64,000 nucleotides of DNA from Fidelibacterota bacterium (GTDB taxonomy: Bacteria; Fidelibacterota; Marinisomatia; SCGC-AAA003-L08; JACNLC01), in contig JAJRUW010000054.1 in the NCBI GenBank assembly GCA_024277615.1, positions 2,944-66,943 of the forward strand, written 5' to 3'. Positions 47,286-57,388 of the stretch are shown here, piece after piece; the first letter of the stretch is position 1, and each line of letters opens with the position of its first letter. Made by a program: the position numbers and the translations under genes. The notes beneath the pieces were generated by a model. It ran no database searches, was not told where the DNA came from, and worked only from the letters and a program-made list of their open reading frames with translations.

Positions 47286-50135
47286 ATGAGTCATAAAATA
47301 AATCCGACAACCAGTCTGCTGCTGGGAGGCCTTCTTCTGCTATTTTTCATCAGCTGTGAATCCAAACCAGTTGACGTGGAATTGGGTGATAATAGCAATA
47401 ATCTGGCGGTATGGAATTCCGGGGAAATCTCCTCCGACACCTTTCAGGACAGTCTCAGTGTGGCAACAAGTGAGCGATTGTATGCAGGGCGCATCGACCA
47501 GGACCATCGAAGCTATGTGCTGTTACGTCTGAATCCCGCGACCTTAAGCCAATCTGAAATATGCAGTACTCCGGCTGACAGTATTCTCTTTAAAACAGCC
47601 CATTTACAACTTAAAACATATTCTACGCTGCCTAAATATCCCCGCACTGAAGATCCCTATGATCAATGGACGCCGATTGCAGGTGAAGATGGGGAGTCGG
47701 GAGACGGCCACTCCACACCGGTCCCTGATGAATTGCCCACCCTGAAAGCCTTCTGGCTGGATCTGAGTGATGCCGGATTTGACTGGGATGAGCAAACCGT
47801 TTTCGGGTTTTCGGATGATTCAACTCTATCTCTGGGGAATCTGCAGCTGGACCTCAACTCCCCTGATGGGGAAGAACTAAAACTATACACGCAACATCAT
47901 GGCATCAGTATTTATTTTGAACCGGCCGATGAATCGAATGAAGAAGGGCCGGATACGGAATCCATCATACGGGCTTTCTGTGCGGCTTCCGAAAGCGACT
48001 ATGCCATTCTGCTCACCGAAACAGATCCGGGTTCATTGGTTGAAATATATTCGTCAAATTATTTGTACACGTCAAACGTACCGGCACTCGATATCGAATA
48101 TGATACTTATCAGATGGTGGATTCAACCCTCACAAAATATAATGTTCTGGGGGTCAGCTCGGCCATGGAGAACGTGGTCGCCAGAATCAGCGGAGAAGGC
48201 ACTTCACTGCCGGGGACAGTCCTGCTTTTCGGCGACAGTCTGAATGCAATCGTAGAAAACGGAACACTGACGCCGGTCATCGGTGATGCCCTGCTGGACA
48301 GTGAGGTTGTGGTGTGCAATATTTCGCTGCAATTAGCGGACAACCCGGTTGACACGACCCATAGTATAGATTTTTATTTTCAGAATGTTCATCTGGCCAG
48401 TACCGATCTGGACCCTGCCGGTGATGATTTTGACGGCAGCGATACGACCTTGACAGAGAACAATTCGTCCTTTGACGATGGAGAACTGTTTTCAGACTGC
48501 GGTGCGGATAATATCTGTAATGAAGATGAACCGGGTTATCTTCCCGAAGGCACCGAGGGAAATGGTATCTGGGATGCGGGTGAACAGTTTGAGGACACGG
48601 GGATTGACAGTCTCTGGAGTTTCGAAGAAGCCGGATATGATCCGCTTACCAATCCTGACCCTGCCGGTGATGATTATAATGTGGACCCCGCCCATGATAA
48701 CTGGCGGGATTGCGGGGCTGACGGCCTTTGTGAGGGGGATGATGACTATCCCGGCGCTGATGAGGGTGAGGGAGACGGCGAATGGACACCGGGAGAGGGG
48801 ACGGAAAATAACGGCAGCTTTAACCTGATCAGCGAAAATGAAATGGAGGTATTTCAGGATACCGGCACAGACGGATTCTTTGATGCGGAAGAACCCGGGT
48901 ATGACCCCGATACCAATCCGGATCCTGAAAATGATAACTGGTCTCCGGAAAATCCCACAGGAACCGAAGGTAACGGAGTGTGGGAGGCCGGCGAGCCATT
49001 TTTAGATGCCGGAGTGGATGGCCTGTGGAGTTGGGAAGAGCCGGGCTACAATGCAGACGGTACTGAAAACAACGACAGCTATGACAGCGGTGAAATATTT
49101 GAAGACTGCGGGTCCGATGCCCTCTGCAACGAAACGCCGGATACGGACAACTATAATCCCGATCCCAATGGTGATGATTACGATGCGGACACTGAAACCG
49201 GAACTGAGGGCAACGGTGTGCTGGATTGGACGGATGACGACGGGGATGGATACTGGGATGACGGCGAAGGCGAACAATGGTGGGACTGGGGCACAGATCA
49301 GGTACCGGACAGCCTTGAAATTCACTACGGCGCCAATAATATCGCCACTAGTCTGGGGTCCAATATCTTCGAGTGGGATTATGAAACCGATCCGGTTGCA
49401 GACTTTGAGCTCCCTTCCAATGCAGCAGATTATGATGCCGCTCTCTGGATCTCGAGGCTGCAGCATGATAACGGTTTCATCGAAGTGACGATTTCTGCCA
49501 AATCAGGTATTTTGGTTGACGGCATTCAATTTACACTGAATCATTTACCATTCGCCTATCAGGATACTGTGTTTGCAGGTAATCACCCAAAGCTGATTGC
49601 CGTAAACAGCGAAAAACTGATAGACGATGCTTCGCTTTACCGGGGACATCAATACGCCTTTGGAAGTCTCAACAATATTTTAATGATCAATTATGCTGAC
49701 AGACTGAAAACCCTCCTGGAAATTAACGAACTCAACGCATTTATCGCCGATCACGAAGATGCCCTGATTTCCAGGGCCGAATTAAAATTATTTGTCGATC
49801 AGGATTCCTCGTCCGTTAAACAGAATATGCGTCTTTATGTGAAACGATTTACGGAGCCGGTGGACTTTTCTAACGCCGACTTCGTACGGGATAGTCTGAC
49901 GGTCACTTCTGTTCTGACAACAGCGGCGTTTCTGAATATCCCGGCGGATGCTGACTCAGTCGTTATTGACCTGCGAGCGCTGATACAGGATTATGTCGTA
50001 GGATCCTTTCAGTATTACGGTCTCGAACTCGAAACCGACGGGTGGGATGATAATTTTTCACGGCTGGTTTTTAACAATCAGGAGGCAGCCGATTTGAAAA
50101 GGCGTCCAAAACTTCAAATATTGTACTCGGAATGA
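47286..50135 (+). CDS. Large lipoprotein with a central, highly acidic repeat array
   Basis: 949 aa with a lipobox (LLLLFFISCES). A central region of about 300 aa is rich in Asp, Glu, Gly and Asn and carries repeated motifs. The flanking regions look beta-rich. Confidence 0.6.
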   Translation: MSHKINPTTSLLLGGLLLLFFISCESKPVDVELGDNSNNLAVWNSGEISSDTFQDSLSVATSERLYAGRIDQDHRSYVLLRLNPATLSQSEICSTPADSILFKTAHLQLKTYSTLPKYPRTEDPYDQWTPIAGEDGESGDGHSTPVPDELPTLKAFWLDLSDAGFDWDEQTVFGFSDDSTLSLGNLQLDLNSPDGEELKLYTQHHGISIYFEPADESNEEGPDTESIIRAFCAASESDYAILLTETDPGSLVEIYSSNYLYTSNVPALDIEYDTYQMVDSTLTKYNVLGVSSAMENVVARISGEGTSLPGTVLLFGDSLNAIVENGTLTPVIGDALLDSEVVVCNISLQLADNPVDTTHSIDFYFQNVHLASTDLDPAGDDFDGSDTTLTENNSSFDDGELFSDCGADNICNEDEPGYLPEGTEGNGIWDAGEQFEDTGIDSLWSFEEAGYDPLTNPDPAGDDYNVDPAHDNWRDCGADGLCEGDDDYPGADEGEGDGEWTPGEGTENNGSFNLISENEMEVFQDTGTDGFFDAEEPGYDPDTNPDPENDNWSPENPTGTEGNGVWEAGEPFLDAGVDGLWSWEEPGYNADGTENNDSYDSGEIFEDCGSDALCNETPDTDNYNPDPNGDDYDADTETGTEGNGVLDWTDDDGDGYWDDGEGEQWWDWGTDQVPDSLEIHYGANNIATSLGSNIFEWDYETDPVADFELPSNAADYDAALWISRLQHDNGFIEVTISAKSGILVDGIQFTLNHLPFAYQDTVFAGNHPKLIAVNSEKLIDDASLYRGHQYAFGSLNNILMINYADRLKTLLEINELNAFIADHEDALISRAELKLFVDQDSSSVKQNMRLYVKRFTEPVDFSNADFVRDSLTVTSVLTTAAFLNIPADADSVVIDLRALIQDYVVGSFQYYGLELETDGWDDNFSRLVFNNQEAADLKRRPKLQILYSE
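48400..49315 (+). repeat. Coding tandem-repeat array of acidic, putative Ca-binding modules
   Basis: Recurring peptide modules are TEGNG(I/V)W(D/E)AGE(Q/P)F.D.G.D.LWS.EE.GY(D/N), TENN.S.D.GE.F.DCG.D..CNE and NPDP(A/E/N)(G/N)DDY. Confidence 0.65.
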
Positions 50136-51376
50136 AAATTAAAAACTACCTTTTGCTTCTCCTGCTGGCCGGTTTACTCTCCGGACAGAATTCATCGCTT
50201 GCCTTCAGCGGCCTGGGTGAGAGAGTTCGTGCTTTTGATCCGGCTTCGGCGGCAATAGGTAATTCACAATATTTTTCCGGCCGTGCTAATGCAGTCGGTC
50301 TGACGGCACTGTCCTCTCTGTGGATGTCACCATTATCGCGGATTTACGCCAGCACCTCTTTCGGATTTGTGAATAGCAAGGCTCTGCCGGCTCAGCAAAA
50401 TCAATATTTCCGAAATCTGTCCTTTATTTTTCCCGTGGGTCAGCAGAAAGCGATGTCCATTGGTTTACAGCCCGCAACCAGAGCAGATTTTTATATTCAC
50501 GAGAGCCTCGGTTCCAATCCGAATGTTCAGTTTGGTGACCAATATTTTACCTCCATTACAAAATATCATGCCGTGGGTGGACTCTCAGAGCTGTATGCAG
50601 GATACGCTGCAAAAGTCGCAGAAAATATAAGTCTCGGAGCACAATGGACCTGGAGTTTCGGGAATCTCTTCCAGTATGATACTCTGCTTACCTACAGTGT
50701 AACCACAGATCCCTTAAGCGGCGAAGTGGTTTACGGAAACTTTGCCAGCAATGTTTCTACTCTGCAGCGTACCCACCGTTTTCACGGCCAGACTCTGGCC
50801 CTGGAAGGCCGCATCAGAGCACATAAAAACGAATTCGTTTTCTCGGCAATGGTTCAGCCGCATTTGACAGTCACAACAACCCATCGGTTCGGCAGCATCG
50901 GAGCGGCTCCTGAAGATAAACATACCAGCGGTTTTTCCCTGCGTTCGCTGGGTGCGGGCTATTCCCGGGTTTTAGGGAATCTGCAGGGTATTACACTGGA
51001 GCTACATCGAGTTGAAAATGAAAACATTCCTTCGCGGTTGGCCATCTTTCAAACACTCTCCGGTACCAGTAATTCCATTAACCTGGGATATTATAAAGTC
51101 TTCAATAATCCCAGACTCAGCAACTGGAACACACTCAATACCCGTGGAGGAGTTTTTCTGACACAGTTAAATAAGCCCGCCGGTACCTATTATGATTTCG
51201 GCATTACTCTGGGGATAGGAATTGATTATATTAAAAGTAAAAATGCTGTAGATTTAGCGCTGATTTTTGGACAAAGATCAAGTGAATTTGAGGAATTTTC
51301 CGGTGAAAAGTATGCCAGCCTGATACTTGGTTTCACTGCCGGTGAAATGTGGTTTATGAAAAGAAAAAGGAAATAA
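50132..51376 (+). CDS. Putative outer-membrane beta-barrel protein
   Basis: Signal peptide followed by alternating amphipathic strands rich in Gly, Tyr, Phe, Ser and Thr. Translationally coupled to the preceding lipoprotein gene by a 4-nt overlap. Confidence 0.4.
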   Translation: MKIKNYLLLLLLAGLLSGQNSSLAFSGLGERVRAFDPASAAIGNSQYFSGRANAVGLTALSSLWMSPLSRIYASTSFGFVNSKALPAQQNQYFRNLSFIFPVGQQKAMSIGLQPATRADFYIHESLGSNPNVQFGDQYFTSITKYHAVGGLSELYAGYAAKVAENISLGAQWTWSFGNLFQYDTLLTYSVTTDPLSGEVVYGNFASNVSTLQRTHRFHGQTLALEGRIRAHKNEFVFSAMVQPHLTVTTTHRFGSIGAAPEDKHTSGFSLRSLGAGYSRVLGNLQGITLELHRVENENIPSRLAIFQTLSGTSNSINLGYYKVFNNPRLSNWNTLNTRGGVFLTQLNKPAGTYYDFGITLGIGIDYIKSKNAVDLALIFGQRSSEFEEFSGEKYASLILGFTAGEMWFMKRKRK

Positions 51377-51382
51377 CGAAAG

Positions 51383-52612
51383 ATGAGAAAGAAAACGGCT
51401 ATTGCATCCCTGTTGGTCTTATTTGGAGTGGCCTGTGTGCCTCCAAGTGAAGCACCCGTTGAAGAAAAAATTGATTATGCTGCTCGTGAAAATGAATGTA
51501 ACAAATATATTAGTTTTGCCTATACAAATTACCAGAACAGAGATTTTGAGGGCGTCATTCGAAATTACAACCAGGCTTTATCCAATGGTTGCGGAGAAGG
51601 ACATGCCAGTGATATATACCAGTGGATGGGACGAGCCTACATTGAAATGGGGAAACTGGACAGCGCTGCTTTTATTATCAGTAAAGGTGTTCAATATTTA
51701 CCCGAGGATACACCGCTGCTCATGGTGGGTGGATGGACTGCCGGCAAGTTGGGCAATCTCGATGATGAGATCTACTACTATGATAAAATTCTGTCATACG
51801 ACCCCGAGAATACGGAAGTGATGCAACTGCTCTCTGACATTTATGGTAAAAATAAAATGTACAAGGAACAGATTGTGATTCTTAATATGTGGCAGAAAAT
51901 CGAACCGGACAATTCCGATGTATTGGGTGAATTGAAAAATGCCTCCTCAAAGCTGGGGTTGGATGTCCTGGATATCGACAAACACCGCTGGGAGAAGGAT
52001 CCCGGGAATATACAGTACGGGCTGGAATATGTGGACGGTCTTATCGGTGCGGACCGCTATACTGAAGCAATTGACGTCTTGAATGAACTGCTGTATCACG
52101 ATCAGAACAATAAACAGGTCTTAAAACTTTTATCGGAGTCTTACCTGAATGCCGGTAAAGCGGATGATGCCGAAAAAAGCTACAAAAGACTCTACCGCCT
52201 GGATAAATCCGATATCTCAATTCCCATTGCGCTCACTGAAATTTTCATTAACAAAGATGATTATGCCACGGCACTTGAATGGGCTGAAAAGGCTGTGACC
52301 AACAGCGCCGGTAACGGTGTGAGCTATTACCACCGCGCAGAAGTCTATTTCAGTTGTGCGGATTACTGTCAGCGTCAGCGGGAGAAATCCGAACTGAAGT
52401 TCATGGACAAGGTCGTTTATGAAATGGCCTATGAAGATTACAAAGAAGCCGTTGCCAGGGGTTACCTGCCTGCAAAAACCAGACGTGACTTCCTGAAAGA
52501 AAATTATATTACCACCAAAGCCGATTGGTTCATGCGTCCGGCAGATGAATATGATGTCTCGCCGGATGGAGATTGTTATGGCTGGATCAAGCGTAGTATC
52601 AAAAGAAAATAA
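51383..52612 (+). CDS. TPR-repeat lipoprotein
   Basis: Lipobox LVLFGVAC followed by multiple TPR-like helices (AYIEMGKLDSA, LSDIYGKNKMYKEQ, SESYLNAGKADDAE). Confidence 0.6.
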   Translation: MRKKTAIASLLVLFGVACVPPSEAPVEEKIDYAARENECNKYISFAYTNYQNRDFEGVIRNYNQALSNGCGEGHASDIYQWMGRAYIEMGKLDSAAFIISKGVQYLPEDTPLLMVGGWTAGKLGNLDDEIYYYDKILSYDPENTEVMQLLSDIYGKNKMYKEQIVILNMWQKIEPDNSDVLGELKNASSKLGLDVLDIDKHRWEKDPGNIQYGLEYVDGLIGADRYTEAIDVLNELLYHDQNNKQVLKLLSESYLNAGKADDAEKSYKRLYRLDKSDISIPIALTEIFINKDDYATALEWAEKAVTNSAGNGVSYYHRAEVYFSCADYCQRQREKSELKFMDKVVYEMAYEDYKEAVARGYLPAKTRRDFLKENYITTKADWFMRPADEYDVSPDGDCYGWIKRSIKRK

Positions 52613-52613
52613 A

Positions 52614-53042
52614 ATGGTCATCGCCATCGGTAGTGATCATGCCGGTTTTGATCTGAAAAAAATGATCATCGGGCAGCTGCAGGCAGCCGGCTACACAGTC
52701 AGCGATCACGGGACAAATTCAAAGGCAGCCGTGGACTATCCGGAATTTGCCCATGCTGTCGGTAAAGCGGTTGCTTCCGGAGATGCGGAAAAGGGCATAG
52801 TCATCTGCGGTACCGGTATCGGCATGTCAATTGCCGCTAATAAAGTGCCGGGGATTCGTGCAGCCCTCTGTCCCACAACTGAACATGCTAAACTTAGCAG
52901 AGCCCACAACGACGCCAATGTTCTGGCTCTTGGAGCTCGTCTCACCTCTCCGGATGATATCCGTGCAATCATTGAAGTCTGGCTTTATACAACCTTTGAG
53001 GGGCATCGTCATCAAAGGAGAATCGATAAAATTGAAATATAG
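52614..53042 (+). CDS. rpiB: Ribose-5-phosphate isomerase B (free-standing, catalytic Cys present)
   Basis: IGSDHAGFDLK, GIVICGTGIGMSIAANK and RAHNDANVLALGAR. Start at ATG 52614, just after the upstream stop; the track's 52545 start overlaps the upstream gene. Confidence 0.9.
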   Translation: MVIAIGSDHAGFDLKKMIIGQLQAAGYTVSDHGTNSKAAVDYPEFAHAVGKAVASGDAEKGIVICGTGIGMSIAANKVPGIRAALCPTTEHAKLSRAHNDANVLALGARLTSPDDIRAIIEVWLYTTFEGHRHQRRIDKIEI

Positions 53043-53045
53043 CTT

Positions 53046-54344
53046 ATGATAAAAAGTCTACAAAATCAAGACCCTGAAGTGTATCAGTCATTATTCGGTG
53101 AATTGGAACGCCAGCGGGATACACTGGAGATGATCGCTTCCGAGAATTTTACGAGCCTTGCGGTAATGGAAGCAGTGGGCTCGGTGCTTACCAATAAATA
53201 TGCCGAAGGGTATCCCGGGAAGCGCTATTACGGTGGTTGCGAGCAGGTGGACCTGGCCGAAGACCTTGCCCGGGCAAGAGCCCGGGAGCTCTATCAATGT
53301 GACTATGCCAATGTTCAGCCTCATTCGGGGTCACAGGCCAACATGGGTGTCTATCTCACTTTTCTGAAGCCCGGCGATACCGTAATGGGATTAAACCTGG
53401 CACATGGCGGGCACCTGACACATGGCAGTCCGGTTAATTTTTCGGGCAAGCTGTATCATTTTATTTCTTACGGCGTTTCAGAGAAGACGGGCCGTGTCGA
53501 TTTTACCGAAGTCCGCAATTTGGCCCGGGAGCACAGACCAAAACTCATTGTTGCCGGGGGAAGTGCTTATCCCCGTTTTATAGAATTTGAACAATTCCGG
53601 GAAGTCGCCGACGAAGTTGGCGCCTATCTCATGGCGGATATTGCACATCCGTCGGGACTTGTAGCTGCCGGGCTTCACCCCTCACCCTGGCCCTATTGTC
53701 ATGTTGTGACGACTACTACGCATAAAACATTGCGGGGTCCGCGTGGAGGAATGATCCTTGCGGGTAGTGATTTCGAAAATACCTGGGGCGCTGTGGCCCC
53801 GAAATCCGGCCGTATCAAAATGTTATCCGAACTGATTGACAGCGCAGTAATGCCGGGTATTCAGGGTGGCCCGCTCATGCACGTAATTGCCGGTAAAGCC
53901 GTGGCTCTCGGAGAAGCCCTGAAGCCTGAATTCAAAACTTATTGCGCACAAATTATTAAAAATGCCAAAGCCCTTGAAGAGGCCTTTCTTTCAAAAGATT
54001 ATGATCTTGTTTCAGGAGGAACGGATACCCATGTATTGCTCATTGATCTCACAAGGCTCGCTGTATCGGGGAAGAAAACCGAGAGACGCCTCGAAGAAGC
54101 CGGGATTACCGTGAATAAAAACATGGTTCCTTTTGACAAACGTAGTCCCATGATTACCAGCGGCATCAGGATTGGTACACCGGCACTCACAACCCGGGGG
54201 ATGGACGAGGATACAATGCGCCATATCGCAGGATTGATCGACAGAGTTATACGCAATATTGATGACGAGGACGTACTCCGTCAGGTTAAAGCCGAAGTAG
54301 CGGATGTCTCAAGTGCTTTTCCGCTGTATCCAGAACTAGGATAG
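53046..54344 (+). CDS. glyA: Serine hydroxymethyltransferase
   Basis: [18 protein letters not shown] and the PLP-Lys motif [15 protein letters not shown]. Confidence 0.95.
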   Translation: MIKSLQNQDPEVYQSLFGELERQRDTLEMIASENFTSLAVMEAVGSVLTNKYAEGYPGKRYYGGCEQVDLAEDLARARARELYQCDYANVQPHSGSQANMGVYLTFLKPGDTVMGLNLAHGGHLTHGSPVNFSGKLYHFISYGVSEKTGRVDFTEVRNLAREHRPKLIVAGGSAYPRFIEFEQFREVADEVGAYLMADIAHPSGLVAAGLHPSPWPYCHVVTTTTHKTLRGPRGGMILAGSDFENTWGAVAPKSGRIKMLSELIDSAVMPGIQGGPLMHVIAGKAVALGEALKPEFKTYCAQIIKNAKALEEAFLSKDYDLVSGGTDTHVLLIDLTRLAVSGKKTERRLEEAGITVNKNMVPFDKRSPMITSGIRIGTPALTTRGMDEDTMRHIAGLIDRVIRNIDDEDVLRQVKAEVADVSSAFPLYPELG

Positions 54345-54470
54345 ACGTCCCCGCTCAAAACCAGCAGCAGCCCTGAGCCTTGCGGGGGAATGTCCCTGAA
54401 GCGGAATAATACCCCCCATGGCACTATCTCGACTCTTGCGGACTTTCTGAAAAAGGATGTATAATTCACC

Positions 54471-55241
54471 ATGTTTCGCGTGATTTTTTATCCAATAAGA
54501 GGTATAATACAATTTTTTGAAGGAATCGGCCGCTATTTTTTATTACAGCTGATGCTTTTCCGGTCCTTTACTTCCTGGCGCTTAAACCTTGTCAATACAG
54601 TCGATCAGATGATGCTCATCGGCGCCAGGTCGATCCCCATAATTATCCTGACAAGTCTGTTTTCCGGAATGGTGACAGCCGTGCAATCCGCCTACCAGTT
54701 CAGTTCTTTCATTCCTTCGTATTATGTGGGCAGTGTCGTCGGGGAGTCCGTCCTGCTGGAGTTAGCTCCCATGATTACGGGATTGGTTCTCACAGGCAGA
54801 GTAGGCGCTACGATCACTGCAGAAATCGGAACCATGCGGGTAACCGAACAAATTGATGCACTGGAGTCACTCTCCTTTGACCCCGTGGGGTATTTGGTAC
54901 TGCCCCGGGTGCTGGCGGGTACAATTATGTTCCCCTTCTTAATTATCATTGCTGATTTTTTCGGTGTTTTTGGAGGCTGGGTATCAGCAAATGCTCAGAT
55001 GAATGTTTCGCTGTTTGAGTTCATCAAGGGTTTCAAACAATGGTTCACTCCCTGGGATGCCTGGTTTGGGTTGATCAAAGCCGTGACATTCGGTTTTGCG
55101 ATCACCAGTATCGCCTGCTACCACGGGTTTTACACCAAAGGCGGAGCCCAGGGCGTTGGGAAAGCAACGACCATTACCGTTGTGGTTTCCTGCGTGACAA
55201 TTGTTTTCCTGGATTATGTACTGGCGGCCCTGTTCCTATGA
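54471..55241 (+). CDS. mlaE: Phospholipid/lipid ABC transporter permease MlaE
   Basis: 256-aa polytopic protein of the MlaE/Ttg2B family (RVTEQIDALE motif), followed by ATPase and MCE genes. Confidence 0.85.
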   Translation: MFRVIFYPIRGIIQFFEGIGRYFLLQLMLFRSFTSWRLNLVNTVDQMMLIGARSIPIIILTSLFSGMVTAVQSAYQFSSFIPSYYVGSVVGESVLLELAPMITGLVLTGRVGATITAEIGTMRVTEQIDALESLSFDPVGYLVLPRVLAGTIMFPFLIIIADFFGVFGGWVSANAQMNVSLFEFIKGFKQWFTPWDAWFGLIKAVTFGFAITSIACYHGFYTKGGAQGVGKATTITVVVSCVTIVFLDYVLAALFL

Positions 55242-55987
55242 TCCGGGTCGAAAATCTCTACAAGGAATTAGGTTCAAAGCCGGTTCTGAAAGGGTTGTCC
55301 TTTGATGTGCGTGACGGTGAGACTTTTGTCGTGATTGGGAAAAGCGGCTCCGGGAAAAGTGTCCTCTTGAAACATCTGATTGGGTTGTTAATAGCAGATT
55401 CAGGCATAGTAATGATTGACGGAGAAAATATCGGAGAACTTTCCTTTAAAGGATTACAGAGATTGCGGCGAAAAATAGGAATGGTTTTTCAGTCCGGTGC
55501 CCTCTTTGATTCAATGACGGTGGGTGAAAATATTGCCCTGGCGTTGAGCAGCAAAAAGGAGTTCACAAAATGGACCGTTAAAGAAAAGGTCAAAGAAGCT
55601 TTGGAAATTGTTGACCTTGCCGAAGCGGAGGACCTGATGCCTTCAGAACTTTCCGGTGGTATGAAAAAACGAGCCGGATTTGCCAGAGCCATTGCCCTTG
55701 ATCCTCAGTACATCCTTTATGATGAACCCACAACGGGACTGGACCCGGTGATGACAGACATGATCAACCGTCTTATGATAAAATTTAAGCAGCAAAAGGA
55801 AATTACTTCTGTCATAGTGACCCACGAATTACGAATTGTCCGTGATGTGGCCGACAGGGTTCTCTTATTGAACGAGGGGAAAGTGGCCTTCAACGGCTTA
55901 CCGGCTGAAATAGAAAAATCAGAAGATCCCGTCGTACGTCAGTTCATGACTGGTGACAGCACGCTTGCAATAGGGGAGAAAATATGA
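55238..55987 (+). CDS. mlaF: ABC transporter ATP-binding protein MlaF
   Basis: Walker A GKSGSGKS, signature LSGGMKKR, Walker B ILYDEP. The ATG overlaps the mlaE stop (ATGA). Confidence 0.85.
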   Translation: MIRVENLYKELGSKPVLKGLSFDVRDGETFVVIGKSGSGKSVLLKHLIGLLIADSGIVMIDGENIGELSFKGLQRLRRKIGMVFQSGALFDSMTVGENIALALSSKKEFTKWTVKEKVKEALEIVDLAEAEDLMPSELSGGMKKRAGFARAIALDPQYILYDEPTTGLDPVMTDMINRLMIKFKQQKEITSVIVTHELRIVRDVADRVLLLNEGKVAFNGLPAEIEKSEDPVVRQFMTGDSTLAIGEKI

Positions 55988-56967
55988 AAATATCGAAAAT
56001 ATTCTGGCTGGGACTCATCATCACTGTAGCCTCTGTGGGCTTTGTGCTGGGGCTGCTGTATCTGCAGGATATATCTTTTACAAAATCTAACTATACATTT
56101 ACCGTCATACTTGATAATGTGCAGGGCCTGAACCGGGGTGATAATGTGAGCATGCTGGGCAAGCGTATTGGTAAGGTTGCCCGCACAAAGATCATCGGTA
56201 AACAGATTGCACTTGAATTATCCATTGATAATGCTTTTGCGCTGAGTATTCCTGTGGATTCCAAAATTGAAATTAAGAGTGAAGGTCTCATTGGTGAAAA
56301 ATATGTCTCCATCACGCCGGGAACCAATACCAAACATTCCATCCGTCCGGGGGATACGGTGCAGGGGACCCGGGAAGTTGATCTCTCGGAAATCACACCG
56401 GGAATTATTCCTCTGACGCAGGATCTGGGCGTCTTTGCCAGACGGTTGAAGGCAACTCTGGGTGAGGCGGAAAAAGAAAAAATCGTTGCCACCATTCACC
56501 ATTTGGAAGAACTCACCGGTGAAATGACTCTGCTGGTGGAAGATTTCAGAGCAACATTAACGGATAGTGAACGAGTAGAAATACAGCATTTCATTCGGAA
56601 TATTCGTGATATCTCCGATACTCTTAAAACGAATCTGACGATGGATCTCGGGAAAGTTGATTCCATCCTGGATGATATTTCCAAGGTTACAAACAAGTCT
56701 GAAAGCCTGGCAGCTACTATTGAATCCCTGCAGAAATCCGCCGATTCGTTTTCAAAAAGCGCCAAATCATTCGGCGCAGCGGTTGAAAAAATTAATCTTG
56801 CCGTCGATAAGCTGGATTCTACCAAAGGTACTCTGCCAAAGTTTCTCAACGATGATTCAATCTATAACAATGTTGACAGCCTGGTCTATGACCTGCGGTG
56901 GATTGTCAACGATTTTAAGGAACACCCGGGTAAATACCTGAAAGCATATATTAAGTCCAAAAAATAA
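55984..56967 (+). CDS. mlaD: MCE-domain protein MlaD with a long helical C-terminal extension
   Basis: N-terminal TM helix, MCE domain (GLNRGDNVSMLGKRIGKV), then a helical region of about 170 aa. Confidence 0.8.
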   Translation: MKISKIFWLGLIITVASVGFVLGLLYLQDISFTKSNYTFTVILDNVQGLNRGDNVSMLGKRIGKVARTKIIGKQIALELSIDNAFALSIPVDSKIEIKSEGLIGEKYVSITPGTNTKHSIRPGDTVQGTREVDLSEITPGIIPLTQDLGVFARRLKATLGEAEKEKIVATIHHLEELTGEMTLLVEDFRATLTDSERVEIQHFIRNIRDISDTLKTNLTMDLGKVDSILDDISKVTNKSESLAATIESLQKSADSFSKSAKSFGAAVEKINLAVDKLDSTKGTLPKFLNDDSIYNNVDSLVYDLRWIVNDFKEHPGKYLKAYIKSKK

Positions 56968-56976
56968 TCCGTAAAG

Positions 56977-57156
56977 ATGAAAACTGAAAACTTTGAACAT
57001 CTGAAAGAAGTGCTGGCCTGCCCCGTCTGTAAAGGAGTGTTGAAATATCACAAAGCAAAAATGGTTTTCAGCTGTGGAGCCTGTCATCTGTATTTTCCTG
57101 TTAAGAACGGAATTCCCATACTACTGTTGGAGAAAGCGGAACATTTTGACAAATAG
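56977..57156 (+). CDS. Trm112/UPF0434 (YcaR)-like small zinc-ribbon protein, 59 aa, below the ORF-track cut-off
   Basis: My own translation gives MKTENFEHLKEVLACPVCKGVLKYHKAKMVFSCGACHLYFPVKNGIPILLLEKAEHFDK. The CPxC...CxxC pattern and GIPILL motif fit the Trm112p-like family. Confidence 0.6.
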   Translation: MKTENFEHLKEVLACPVCKGVLKYHKAKMVFSCGACHLYFPVKNGIPILLLEKAEHFDK

Positions 57157-57343
57157 AACATTTCTCAAGTCATGTTTAATTTGTTTACAAAAATAAAACT
57201 GCTTTATATTCAGCTTTAATTTAATGGAGAATTTATAGACTTTCGCTAATAGGATTGCGGATCTCATGTGAGATCTGAAATTGTTGAACAAAGTATTTGT
57301 TGTTTTGCAGGGGTCCTGTGCGTTGGTCTGGTTTATAAAAAAT

Positions 57344-57388
57344 AAACCGAGTTTAGCTCATGGGCCTTGCTCGGTTTTTCGTTTTTTT
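57344..57388 (+). terminator. Terminator-like hairpin plus T-tract, ending 15 nt before the PorV-like start codon
   Basis: AAACCGAG-(18 nt)-CTCGGTTT followed by TTCGTTTTTTT, then GGAGG and ATG 57404. Confidence 0.4.

Noticed and set aside
57258-57277. Near-palindrome GATCTCA-tg-TGAGATC upstream of the PorV-like gene, considered as an operator.
   Set aside because: It has only 7-bp arms. Several such matches are expected by chance in 64 kb, and the 2-nt spacer rules out an RNA hairpin. I have no second copy or other supporting evidence.
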